Positions 17,386 to 26,494 of a stretch of 47,024 nucleotides of DNA are shown piece by piece. The notes beneath the pieces were generated by a model. That model saw nothing but the letters and a program-made list of their open reading frames with translations. It did no database searches and had not been told where the DNA came from. Position numbers and translations under genes: made by a program. Within the stretch, counting starts at the first letter, position 1; the number at the start of each line of letters is the position of its first letter. The stretch covers positions 30,830 through 77,853 of the forward strand of contig CAZMID010000005.1 of assembly GCA_964566255.1 (NCBI GenBank). The letters are read 5' to 3'. The stretch comes from an uncultured Planctomycetia bacterium. GTDB taxonomy: Bacteria; Omnitrophota; Gorgyraeia; Gorgyraeales; Gorgyraeaceae.

Positions 17386-19137
17386 TCAGATATCCATTGC
17401 ATTAAATATCTCGTTGGCTAACCCCGGGCACTGCTTAGATAAAAATGTCTTGCTCGTCTTTATCTGTGAATCTAAGAGTTTTTTTACCTCATCTTTTGAA
17501 TGATAATTAAAAGGATTTAATTCTTTCAATCTTTCAGGAGATATCCCAGGTATACTTTTTGGGACTAAAACCTTATCACCCCATAAAGGATGAGGTTCGT
17601 AGGTAATCTCTCCGCGGGCAGCTTGAAATAAAAATAATTCTGTCTCTTCTATGGTAGGACCAGTACCTCCTACAGGCTTTGTTTTTCCATTTATTTCTTT
17701 AAAACGGGGTTTTGGTGCACCATCAACCCAATCATACTCTGCACCAACTCTTCCTGTTGTATTGATAAGATAGATTTCTATAGAACTATCTGTATTTTCT
17801 CTATCTTTAATAAAATTGTGAAATCTTTTGACGTGTTCTGCATTAGTTGCGCCCATTGTAAAAGGTAAGCAATACCTAGTTGCATACTTTACTTTTCCTA
17901 CTCCCTCTCTCCCCTGTGCAGGATGGCCTACAGTTCTACCGTCTGCTAAAACCTTTGCAGCAAAGTCGCTATCCTTTATTTTTAACCAAGCAAAATCAGA
18001 AGTGTACCCTGGGCTTACAAATATAGCCATATTTAAAGGTACGCTTGAATCCACAGAACCATCAAAATATCCGGTATCCTTAAGCATAAGGACTGTCCTG
18101 GAATTTTGATTAGGTTTCCCATGGTACTGAAGGATCTTTCCTGCAAACGAAACATCACCTGAATCACTCCATTCTGTATTTTCATGTAATGCATTGGGCG
18201 ATGTAGCTGCTTTATAAATACCTATTTGAGTTTTATCTACATCTTCTGTCTTTGTCCATGAACCTTTTTCAGGGCTTACGACTTGATCTTTAAATACGCC
18301 GACTATATCGTCATTTTTAACAGCCTGTTCACTTATAAATTCTGAAGGGTCTATGCCAAAATTCTTTTTAAACGCCTCAGAACTATTTTTATCTACAATA
18401 TATAATCCGTGTGTTGATTTTCCGCTGCCTGTTAGGCCCCAAACACACATTGCAATGCGTTTTTCCTTACCATCGTTCGTCTTAACAGTAAATTCTTTTA
18501 AAGATGCGTGTTCACCTGTACCGCCTCTTTTATATACATGGTATATCCAATGCGAAAGAAAACCTTTTTTTACTTCCCCCTGGTAAGAAGAACCAGTAAC
18601 TATCGTATAATTATGCTTCGGAAACCTTATTACACGAAGCATGTCTTGTTTTCCAGGGACATTTGGGTTTTCTAAGTAATGTGGTATAAAAAATAACCTT
18701 GCATCTGGTTCACAATTTGGATCTCCCTTAAAATTCAACTCCTGCCATCTATGTGCAATATCCGGGAACTGTGGATCGCAATATAATCTAGCTTTCATCT
18801 CTGCTTTAGAGCCAGGCTCACCTAAATTTGCATCTATCTGTATCATTGGCTGACATAAAATATGCTCTAATACTCTAAGCATAAGCTGTCTGTGCTCTGG
18901 TTTTAATTCCTCGTCGGAATTTACCACTACGCTTCCCTTGGCACTCCTTGCCCAAATATTAGAAGTCCACCCCCAACTCTTATTTTTAAACTGCGTTCCA
19001 TAAAACTGTGCTCTCTTTAAAAGATCTTTTGGATTATTCTGGATAGGCTTAAGACCTGCAGCTTTTTTAGATTCAATTATCTCATTAAAAATCCTTAAAA
19101 AACCATTAATTGTCATATCTTTTGTTGTAAAAGCCAT
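17386..19137 (-). CDS. Divergent phosphoenolpyruvate carboxykinase (ATP-type superfamily)
   Basis: YQGEVKKG, HAS, GLTGSGKST P-loop, NDD, NSR and YLINTG-like motifs. Start at ATG 19137 after the GGAGG at the end of ndk. Confidence 0.75.
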   Translation of the reverse strand: MAFTTKDMTINGFLRIFNEIIESKKAAGLKPIQNNPKDLLKRAQFYGTQFKNKSWGWTSNIWARSAKGSVVVNSDEELKPEHRQLMLRVLEHILCQPMIQIDANLGEPGSKAEMKARLYCDPQFPDIAHRWQELNFKGDPNCEPDARLFFIPHYLENPNVPGKQDMLRVIRFPKHNYTIVTGSSYQGEVKKGFLSHWIYHVYKRGGTGEHASLKEFTVKTNDGKEKRIAMCVWGLTGSGKSTHGLYIVDKNSSEAFKKNFGIDPSEFISEQAVKNDDIVGVFKDQVVSPEKGSWTKTEDVDKTQIGIYKAATSPNALHENTEWSDSGDVSFAGKILQYHGKPNQNSRTVLMLKDTGYFDGSVDSSVPLNMAIFVSPGYTSDFAWLKIKDSDFAAKVLADGRTVGHPAQGREGVGKVKYATRYCLPFTMGATNAEHVKRFHNFIKDRENTDSSIEIYLINTTGRVGAEYDWVDGAPKPRFKEINGKTKPVGGTGPTIEETELFLFQAARGEITYEPHPLWGDKVLVPKSIPGISPERLKELNPFNYHSKDEVKKLLDSQIKTSKTFLSKQCPGLANEIFNAMDI

Positions 19138-19145
19138 TTTTTCTA

Positions 19146-19649
19146 TTACCTCCATACTTTTTTGTTTTTCTTTTCAATTGACTTTGTTTTTGTTGGATAT
19201 AAATCTACGATTATATCATCCGGTTCAAACCAGAGTTTGATTTCTCTTTCTGCGTCCTTTTCACTACTAGATGTGTGTAGTGCATTTTCATATATTCCTT
19301 TTGTAGTAATCCTACCAAAAGAACCTCTTATGCTGGTAGCATCTGCTTCTTCTGGATTAGTGGAGCCTGCGAGTTCTCGTACTTTTTTTATAGCATCTTC
19401 CCCCCAATAAACCATAGCCATAACTTTATGTCTATTATGAAGCTTGCCTTGGATATATTTGACAAGTTCTTTAAAGAATGGCTTATCCTTCATGTGTTTA
19501 TAATGCTCTTCTGCAAGTTCTTTACTTACTCTAACCATTTTAGCTGCAACGATTTCCAACTTTGTCTCTGAAAGCCGAGTAAGAATATTACCTGTCAGAG
19601 ACTTTTTAAGACCATCTGGCTTAATAAGAACTAATGTTTGTTGCATCAT
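19146..19649 (-). CDS. ndk: Nucleoside diphosphate kinase
   Basis: TLVLIKPDG, AEEHY, KPFF, G.TNP, SIRG.FG, NALHTS, EREIKLWF. Confidence 0.95.
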   Translation of the reverse strand: MMQQTLVLIKPDGLKKSLTGNILTRLSETKLEIVAAKMVRVSKELAEEHYKHMKDKPFFKELVKYIQGKLHNRHKVMAMVYWGEDAIKKVRELAGSTNPEEADATSIRGSFGRITTKGIYENALHTSSSEKDAEREIKLWFEPDDIIVDLYPTKTKSIEKKNKKVWR

Positions 19650-20509
19650 ATTGATTTTAAAAGAGTTAGGATTCTTTCTAAGTCTGAATCAGAGTAGAAT
19701 TCTATTTCTAGCTTCCCTCCTCTTTTCCCCTTTATAATTTTCACTTTTGTCCCAAATAAATCCCTTAACTTCTCCTCTATAGACCCTAAATTAGGATCCT
19801 TTTCTATTACTTTTTTCTTTGAAGGGATAGATATCTTTTTTGCGTATCTCTCTGTGTCTCTTACACTTAGGCCATCTTTTATAACCTTAGTACTAAGCCT
19901 CATTTGCCTTGATTCAGTCTCTAAGCCAAGGATTGCTTTTGCATGCCCCATTGAAAGTGTTCCACGTGAAACATATTCTTGGATCTTCTGTGGGAGCTTT
20001 AATAATCTCAGGATATTAGCTACAGTAGTCCTATCCTTACCTATAGTATCAGAGACTGCTTCCTGAGTCAGATTAAACTCATCCAAAAGCCTCTTATATG
20101 CCTTTGCCTGATCAATTGGGTTTAAATCTTCTCTCTGTACATTCTCTATAATGGATAGCTCTAAAGAATCAAGGTCTGAGACATCCTTAATAATAACTGG
20201 GATTTCTTTTAAATTAAGCATCTGAGCTGCCCTAAAGCGCCTCTCTCCTGCAATTAATTCATATCCCCCCTGCTGTTCCCTTACAAGAACAGGCTGTATA
20301 AAGCCTTTTTCCTTTATAGAAGTTGCTAATTCCTTTAGGGCGTCTTGACCAAAATCCTCTCTAGGCTGATACTTATTAGCCTTGATCTTCTCTATAGGTA
20401 TATTCGCAACTGCCTGCCTCACCTTTGATTCAAGGATCTGACCTTGCGTTTGGCTTGATTTTTCTGGGATTAAGGCGTTGAGGCCCCTTCCGAGAACTCT
20501 TTTTGCCAT
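19646..20509 (-). CDS. parB: Chromosome partitioning protein ParB/Spo0J
   Basis: LGRGLNALI, YQPREDF, IAGERRFRAA, ENVQREDLNP, HTH GKDRTTVANILRLL. Confidence 0.97.
   Translation of the reverse strand: MAKRVLGRGLNALIPEKSSQTQGQILESKVRQAVANIPIEKIKANKYQPREDFGQDALKELATSIKEKGFIQPVLVREQQGGYELIAGERRFRAAQMLNLKEIPVIIKDVSDLDSLELSIIENVQREDLNPIDQAKAYKRLLDEFNLTQEAVSDTIGKDRTTVANILRLLKLPQKIQEYVSRGTLSMGHAKAILGLETESRQMRLSTKVIKDGLSVRDTERYAKKISIPSKKKVIEKDPNLGSIEEKLRDLFGTKVKIIKGKRGGKLEIEFYSDSDLERILTLLKSI
19958..19973. promoter_or_regulatory. parS: parS site inside parB
   Basis: TGTTCCACGTGAAACA matches the parS consensus TGTTNCACGTGAAACA. Confidence 0.92.
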
Positions 20510-21288
20510 TCTTGATCTCCTTCCTTTATTGGCTGGCCTAGGATTTCACAAGCAAGAGATGAATATGTCTTTGCGCCTATTGAATGCTTATCATATATCT
20601 CTATTGGCTTGCCAAAGCCAGGAGCTTCACTTAATTTTATGCTCCTTGGTATTACTGTATCAAAGACCTTTTCCTTAAAAAACTCTTTTGTCTCTTTTAT
20701 TACCTCATTTGTAAGATTTGTTCTATAATCAGCCATTGTTAAAAGACCACCTTCTATTACTAAATCAGGATTCAGGTTCTCACGTACAAGATTTATTGTA
20801 TTTAATAACTGACTTAGGCCTTCTAAAGCATAGTATTCGCATTGTATAGGTATAAGTACTGAATTAGCTGCTGTAAGGGCATTTATAGTCAAAAGCCCTA
20901 AAGACGGGGGTGAATCTATAAGAATAAAATCAAATTCATTATCCAGGCCTTTAAGGGCGTTTTTGAGCCTATATTCTCTATTCATCAAACTTATAAGTTC
21001 TATCTCTGCACCAGTAAGGTTTATACCTGATGGTGCTAGCTTAAAATTAGAAGCATGTACATCTTGAAGGATCTCTTGTACAGGGAGATTATCAATCAAT
21101 ACATCATATATATTTTTTTCTAGCTTTGTTTTATCTACCCCCAATCCGCTTGTTGCATTGGCCTGCGGATCAAAATCAATCAATAAAACTTTTTTACCAG
21201 TATTTGCAAGATAATACCCTAAATTTATTGCAGTAGTGGTTTTACCAACGCCGCCCTTTTGATTGCAAATGGCTATTATTTTGCCCAT
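20470..21288 (-). CDS. parA: Chromosome partitioning ATPase ParA/Soj
   Basis: NQKGGVGKTTT, DFDPQANATSGLG, DSPPSLGLLT, QCEYYALEG, LSEAPGFG. Confidence 0.97.
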   Translation of the reverse strand: MGKIIAICNQKGGVGKTTTAINLGYYLANTGKKVLLIDFDPQANATSGLGVDKTKLEKNIYDVLIDNLPVQEILQDVHASNFKLAPSGINLTGAEIELISLMNREYRLKNALKGLDNEFDFILIDSPPSLGLLTINALTAANSVLIPIQCEYYALEGLSQLLNTINLVRENLNPDLVIEGGLLTMADYRTNLTNEVIKETKEFFKEKVFDTVIPRSIKLSEAPGFGKPIEIYDKHSIGAKTYSSLACEILGQPIKEGDQEWQKEFSEGASTP

Positions 21289-21298
21289 TATAACCGTA

Positions 21299-21511
21299 TC
21301 ATTTTTTTTGTAACTTCTTTTGTACCTTAACTTTAGCTAATCTAGAACCCTGCATGCTAAATAGGCCTTTATTTTCTTCTCTTAAGACCTTGATATCTAC
21401 TTCTGATTTTTTAAGACCCAATTTATCTAAAGCAATTTTAATTGCTTCCTGAGCAGTCCTTGCTTCGATTTCTATGGAATCTGGTTTTTGTTTAGGATTA
21501 GGATCTTTCAT
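21299..21511 (-). CDS. Stand-alone Jag N-terminal domain protein
   Basis: IEIEARTAQEAIKIALDKLG....VDIKVLREENKGLF....AKVKV is Jag_N; it occupies the jag position after yidC; no KH or R3H domain. Confidence 0.85.
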   Translation of the reverse strand: MKDPNPKQKPDSIEIEARTAQEAIKIALDKLGLKKSEVDIKVLREENKGLFSMQGSRLAKVKVQKKLQKK

Positions 21512-23085
21512 TAAGCCTTTCTTAGAGCAAAGAATTGCAAAGAACTTGTTAAAACTGTATTAGTAAGCCAATATAATACAAGCCCTGATGGTAATGAGTA
21601 AAAAATAAACCCAAACATGATCGGCATTATTTTAGTCATCATCTTTTGCTGATCTGTCTGAGCAGATGTTCTAGCTTGTGAGAGTTTCTGCTGTACTATC
21701 ATAGCACCTATCATTAAAATTGGCAATAGATTTATACTGTTACCCAATAGGGGAATGGTAATCGGAAGTGCAAATGCTGCATCTGGCATAGATAAATCCT
21801 TTATCCACAAAAAATGTGCACCTTTTAATTCTACTGATCTCATAAGCGTCTGATAGAATGCTAAAAATATCGGCATCTGTAAAAGTATTGGAAAACAACC
21901 GCCCATTGGATTTACTTTATGTCGTCGGTAAAGCTCCATCATTTCCTTGTTTACTTTTTGTGGGTTATCCTTATATTGTTGGCGTATTTTTTCCATCTGA
22001 GGCTGCAATTCCTGTAGATGGCGCATGGATTTTAAGCTCTTGAATGAAAGAGGAAACAACATCAAGCTCACGCAACCCGTAAGTAAAAGTATCGCCACAC
22101 CATAATTATGGAATATTCCATAAAAAAATCTCAAGATACTTAAAAGCACCAGACTTATTCCTGTAAATATACCAAAATTCAATGCCTTACCAAAAGATTG
22201 ATCAACTTTTTCTAATTCATGTGCTTGTGTGGGTCCTATGTAAAAAACTAAATCATAGGTTTTGCTTTCACGGGCAAGGAGCCTTTGGTTATCCACCATA
22301 AATCCTACAACAGGGGAACCTTCTATATTTTTTGTGAATGCGCCGCTAGTGATAAAGCTTGGCTTTGCTATTATTGAATAATATTTATTTTTTAAGGCTA
22401 ACCATTCTATCTTAGCTGTATATAACCTGTTGGGTTTTTTGAAGTTACCGCCTGCTATCTTTTTATATTTACCATCTTTATATAAAACATCTGCTTGGAT
22501 ATATCTTGATTCAAAGACTTCTTTATTGGAGATATTTGATGCTGTTGTGATATCAAAAGAGAGGAGCTGAGGGGAACTAGAATTGTTTGTTATTTTTATA
22601 GAAGCAATAGCGCCATATTGGTCTTTGAAAAATCTTATGGATTTTTCTATTGTAAAGTTGTTTTTTCTTGCTGCCAGAGTTGCTGTATCTTCTTTAATTA
22701 TAAAGGGTTGCATAGATAAGCCTGCTAAAGGGCCCTTGCCTTCTATTGATAAAATACCTGCCTGGTATATGGCATTATTTACAAGATCTATCTGGTGAGT
22801 CTTTGGTCTTTTTACTGTTATATTTTTTATTGAGCCACCTATATTTGAGGTAGTAAAATTATAAATATTATTTTTAAATAGCCTGGCTACTTCATTAGAA
22901 GGGAGTGGATTTTTGTTAATAAGCGCTTCTTCGGGCTTTTGATAAGATTCTGTAACATGCTGTGTTCCAATGGGTTCTGTATGCATGCCTTGTTCAGAAG
23001 TAGGTGTGGGTTTTCCTAAAAACAAGGGATACAATAACATCACCAACACTGAAAGTACTATTGCAAGTAAGAGTCGCTTTTCCAT
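21511..23085 (-). CDS. yidC: Membrane protein insertase YidC
   Basis: N-terminal TM plus periplasmic domain; NYGVAILLLT, LQPQ, NPMGGCFPILLQMPIF, FLWIKDLS.PD, PSGLVLYW. Confidence 0.97.
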   Translation of the reverse strand: MEKRLLLAIVLSVLVMLLYPLFLGKPTPTSEQGMHTEPIGTQHVTESYQKPEEALINKNPLPSNEVARLFKNNIYNFTTSNIGGSIKNITVKRPKTHQIDLVNNAIYQAGILSIEGKGPLAGLSMQPFIIKEDTATLAARKNNFTIEKSIRFFKDQYGAIASIKITNNSSSPQLLSFDITTASNISNKEVFESRYIQADVLYKDGKYKKIAGGNFKKPNRLYTAKIEWLALKNKYYSIIAKPSFITSGAFTKNIEGSPVVGFMVDNQRLLARESKTYDLVFYIGPTQAHELEKVDQSFGKALNFGIFTGISLVLLSILRFFYGIFHNYGVAILLLTGCVSLMLFPLSFKSLKSMRHLQELQPQMEKIRQQYKDNPQKVNKEMMELYRRHKVNPMGGCFPILLQMPIFLAFYQTLMRSVELKGAHFLWIKDLSMPDAAFALPITIPLLGNSINLLPILMIGAMIVQQKLSQARTSAQTDQQKMMTKIMPIMFGFIFYSLPSGLVLYWLTNTVLTSSLQFFALRKA

Positions 23086-23095
23086 AAATTTTCCT

Positions 23096-23311
23096 CTAAT
23101 CTACTGGATCGTAGCCACCGGGGAATAAGGGGTTGCACCTAAAGATTCTTCCAAGACCTTTCAGTATGCCCATAAATACACCCTTACGTTCTACTGCTTC
23201 AAGCATATAATTAGAACACGATGGATAATATCTACATTTACGTAACATCAATCCAGATATATAGTTATGATAAAATTTAACGCAATGTTTTAATGTTTTC
23301 TTTAAAAACAT
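23096..23311 (-). CDS. yidD: Membrane protein insertion efficiency factor YidD
   Basis: CRYYPSCSNY..EAV, RIFRCNP..PGGYDPV. Confidence 0.95.
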   Translation of the reverse strand: MFLKKTLKHCVKFYHNYISGLMLRKCRYYPSCSNYMLEAVERKGVFMGILKGLGRIFRCNPLFPGGYDPVD

Positions 23312-23642
23312 CTCTCATCTCTTTTTCTAATACAGTGGATTTTGTTGCCTTCTTAATATTGGTGGCAAGAATTACTATATCATAAGAAGTCGGCAGAAGT
23401 GCTTTTGTTCTCCTATATGCCTCTTTTAACAACCTCTTAATGGTGTTTCTTAAGACAAGCGTTTTATAGAGGCTCTTTCTAGATGTAAATGCAACTCTAT
23501 TTATATGAGAATCAGCGGTTTTATTCTTTAACAAAAATACTGTTATTGACTTGCGCTTGAATGGTACGCCTTTATCAAAAACGTCTTTTATTAAAGAACT
23601 CTTTTTAAGCCGCTCTTTCCTTGTGAAGGAATTTGTCTTCAT
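23277..23642 (-). CDS. rnpA: Ribonuclease P protein component
   Basis: F.RKERLKK, RNTIKRLLKEAYR (RNR-like motif), YDIVI; rpmH-rnpA-yidD synteny; ATG overlaps the rpmH stop. Confidence 0.9.
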   Translation of the reverse strand: MKTNSFTRKERLKKSSLIKDVFDKGVPFKRKSITVFLLKNKTADSHINRVAFTSRKSLYKTLVLRNTIKRLLKEAYRRTKALLPTSYDIVILATNIKKATKSTVLEKEMRDVFKENIKTLR

Positions 23643-23779
23643 CAAGCAGCAAGCTTCCTCTTGCCTTTTTGTCTTCTGCGTCTTAATACAGCTCTGCCCT
23701 TAGATGTGCGCATCTTTCGTCTAAAACCATGTTTGCGCTTTCGTTTTAAAAGGCTTTTTGGGGTAAGATGTTTTTTCAC
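23642..23779 (-). CDS. rpmH: 50S ribosomal protein L34
   Basis: Below the ORF-track cutoff. GTG start, MKKHLTPKSLLKRKRKHGFRRKMRTSKGRAVLRRRRQKGKRKLAA; AAGGAGG SD. Confidence 0.96.
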   Translation of the reverse strand: MKKHLTPKSLLKRKRKHGFRRKMRTSKGRAVLRRRRQKGKRKLAA

Positions 23780-23804
23780 GGAGATGCCTCCTTGTAAGTG
23801 AGTT

Positions 23805-23832
23805 ATTATAACATATTGGGTTTTATCGTCAA
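23805..23832 (-). promoter_or_regulatory. rpmH promoter
   Basis: TTGACG, 16 nt, TATAAT with extended TG. Confidence 0.7.
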
Positions 23833-23847
23833 GACAAAAAATTTCTC

Positions 23848-23876
23848 TTGATAAGATTATTCGCGGCTGATATAAT
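23848..23876 (+). promoter_or_regulatory. dnaA promoter
   Basis: TTGATA (23848-23853), 17 nt, TATAAT (23871-23876) with extended TG. Confidence 0.75.
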
Positions 23877-23887
23877 GTGTGCCACTT

Positions 23888-25225
23888 ATGGCTGTTGACT
23901 TATCTAATATCTGGGATAATATTTTAGACTATACAAAGAACGAGATAGGCCAGAGGGCTTTTGAAAATTGGTTCACTCAGACCCGTCTCGATTCGATTAC
24001 AGAAGATAGTCTCGTGATAGAAGTGCCTTCTAATTTTTTCAAGGATTGGATCTACGATCATTACCGAGATATACTAAATATTGCCGTGCTTAAAACTATC
24101 GGCAAGGTAATGCCAATAAGTTTCGAGGTGAAACCGCCCGCTAACACAGAAGAAACATCCATCACAAAAAAAATAATCTCTCCTGAAAGAAGCGTACAGA
24201 AAAAACCTTTTTACCTAAACCCAAAATATACCTTTGAAGGTTTTGTAGTAGGCCCGTCAAATAGATTCGCTCACGCAGCAACAATGGCAATAGCTGAATC
24301 TCCTGCAAAGGCATACAATCCTTTGTTTATCTATGGGGGTGTGGGACTTGGAAAGACCCATCTTATGCAGGCTGCTTGTCATTATGTGGGCCAGATGCAT
24401 AAAAATTTAAAATTATGTTACATCTCCAGCGAAAGCTTTACCAATGAACTAATAAATGCAATCCAACATAGAACCACTCCTAAATTCAGAGAAAAATATA
24501 GAAATGTCGACGTATTATTGATAGATGATATCCATTTTATAGCCGGTAAGGAAGCGACCCAGGAAGAATTCTTCCACACATTCAATGCACTTTATGACGC
24601 ACATAAACAAATAGTCTTATCCAGTGACCGCACGCCCAAGACTATCCCAGGGCTTGAGGCAAGGCTCGTTTCAAGATTTGAATGGGGGCTTGTTACAGAC
24701 GTTCAACCCCCTGACTTGGAAACCAGGATAGCCATACTCAGGAAGAAGACTGAAAAAAATTCCGTCTTTTTACCAGAAGATGTCATGTATTTTATAGCTG
24801 AAAGAATAAAAACAAATATACGGGAACTCGAAGGGGCAATTATAAAAGTCATAGCCTATGCATCTTTGGAAAATAAAAAAATATCAGTGGATCTTGTTAA
24901 GGATGTCTTAAAAGATGTATTATTTGGAGAAGAAAAAAAGATATCCATAGACCTTATCCAGAAAAAGGTGGCCAGTTACTTTGATATAAAGACATCTGAC
25001 ATGAAGGCCAAAAAAAGAAATAAACAAATCGCTTATCCAAGGCAAGTTGCCATGTACCTATCAAGAGAGCTTACAAACGCAACGCTGCCTGATATAGGAG
25101 AGCGTTTTGGGGGGAGGGATCACTCTACAGTAATACATGCTTATGACAAAATACAGAAAGATTTAAAGAAGAACCAAAATGTGAAGAACTTGATAAACCG
25201 TCTGATGTTGGAGATAAATAGTTAG
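23888..25225 (+). CDS. dnaA: Chromosomal replication initiator DnaA
   Basis: LNPKYTFEGFVVG, YNPLFIYGGVGLGKTHL, LLIDDIHF, RQVAMYL, GGRDHSTVIHA. ATG 23888 preferred because the GTG at 23879 precedes the predicted transcription start. Confidence 0.98.
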   Translation: MAVDLSNIWDNILDYTKNEIGQRAFENWFTQTRLDSITEDSLVIEVPSNFFKDWIYDHYRDILNIAVLKTIGKVMPISFEVKPPANTEETSITKKIISPERSVQKKPFYLNPKYTFEGFVVGPSNRFAHAATMAIAESPAKAYNPLFIYGGVGLGKTHLMQAACHYVGQMHKNLKLCYISSESFTNELINAIQHRTTPKFREKYRNVDVLLIDDIHFIAGKEATQEEFFHTFNALYDAHKQIVLSSDRTPKTIPGLEARLVSRFEWGLVTDVQPPDLETRIAILRKKTEKNSVFLPEDVMYFIAERIKTNIRELEGAIIKVIAYASLENKKISVDLVKDVLKDVLFGEEKKISIDLIQKKVASYFDIKTSDMKAKKRNKQIAYPRQVAMYLSRELTNATLPDIGERFGGRDHSTVIHAYDKIQKDLKKNQNVKNLINRLMLEINS

Positions 25226-25402
25226 TTTTGTGGATAAATTGTATTTTTTTGTGGATTATTTTTGTTACATAACTATAATTAAGTAGTAAGGTTTTAGAGT
25301 TTTCAACATATCAACATTACATATTACTAATACGGCTATTTGAATTTCAAAAAGATAATAATAAAACCCTAAAGATGTGAACAGCTTGATGGAGGAATTG
25401 TT
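25226..25402. other. oriC: Replication origin oriC (dnaA-dnaN intergenic)
   Basis: TGTGGATAA 25229-25237 (perfect box), TGTGGATTA 25250-25258, tandem TTTTCAACA/ATATCAACA 25300-25316, then DnaA-trio-like TAT-TAC-TAA-TAC-ggc-TAT 25322-25339; AT-rich; gene strand switches nearby. Confidence 0.88.
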
Positions 25403-26494
25403 ATGAAGATAAAGATATTAAAAAATGATCTTGTAAAAAACATTCAGAATGTACAAAATGTAGTATCTTCAAGAACAAGCTTACCTATACTTTCAAATGT
25501 ACTGGTAGAATCAGAAAGAAATGGGGTAAGGCTAACAGGAACAGATCTTGATATAGGCATATCATCAGCTTTTATATCAGAGGTAGAAGAAGATGGTTCT
25601 ATCACTATACCAGCAAAGAGATTTAATGATATCGTAAAAGAATTACCAGATGAAGATGTTTTGATAACCACAATGAAGAATAACTCTATGACAATAAAGT
25701 GCGGAAAATGTTTTTTTAAGATATTAGGTTTGCCAAAAGAAGACTTTCCAAAACTCCCAGAGTTTAATGTAGAACCACACATCACAATAAACCAGGGTAT
25801 TTTAAAAAAGATGTTAACTATGACATATTTTTCTATGTCACATGATGAAACCAGATATGTTTTAAATGGGGCACTGTTTTTATTTAAATCAAACCAGTTA
25901 ATTATAGTAACAACGGACGGAAAAAGATTAAGCTTTGTTAAAAAAGATATAGGCAAGGAAGTTCCTTCCAAATCTATAATAGTTCCTTCAAAGACTATAT
26001 ATGAATTAAACAGGGTCTTAAAAGATGAGGGGGAAGTAAAAATAACCCTTAGTGAAAACCAGATAAGATTTGAATTGGAAAATATCACCCTTATATCCAG
26101 GCTTATAGAAGGGGAGTTTCCTAATTACGAACAGGTTATACCAAAAGAGGCAAAGGAAAAAATAACTATAGATAGGAATCAGTTCTTGTTGGGGGCAAAA
26201 AGGGCCGCATTATTGACAACACAGGATTCTCAATCTATAAAAATAGATGTTACAAAAAACAGGATGAGCATCTCAAAGACAAATCCTAATATAGGTGAGA
26301 CAAAAGAAGAGATAGAAGTTAATTATAAAGGCCATGATATAACAGTGGGGTTTAACCCAGGGTACTTGATAGATGCCCTTAAGGTATTACCAAAAGATGA
26401 AGTAGATATAGAAATCACAGGTCCTGATAAGCCAGCTGTTATAAGAATAGAAGATTGGTATACCTATTTAGTGCTTCCTATGCAGCTTACATAA
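25403..26494 (+). CDS. dnaN: DNA polymerase III beta sliding clamp
   Basis: LPILSNVL, GTDLDI, ETRYVLNG, TTDGKRLS, SRLIEGEFPNY, GFNPGYLID, LVLPM. Confidence 0.97.
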   Translation: MKIKILKNDLVKNIQNVQNVVSSRTSLPILSNVLVESERNGVRLTGTDLDIGISSAFISEVEEDGSITIPAKRFNDIVKELPDEDVLITTMKNNSMTIKCGKCFFKILGLPKEDFPKLPEFNVEPHITINQGILKKMLTMTYFSMSHDETRYVLNGALFLFKSNQLIIVTTDGKRLSFVKKDIGKEVPSKSIIVPSKTIYELNRVLKDEGEVKITLSENQIRFELENITLISRLIEGEFPNYEQVIPKEAKEKITIDRNQFLLGAKRAALLTTQDSQSIKIDVTKNRMSISKTNPNIGETKEEIEVNYKGHDITVGFNPGYLIDALKVLPKDEVDIEITGPDKPAVIRIEDWYTYLVLPMQLT

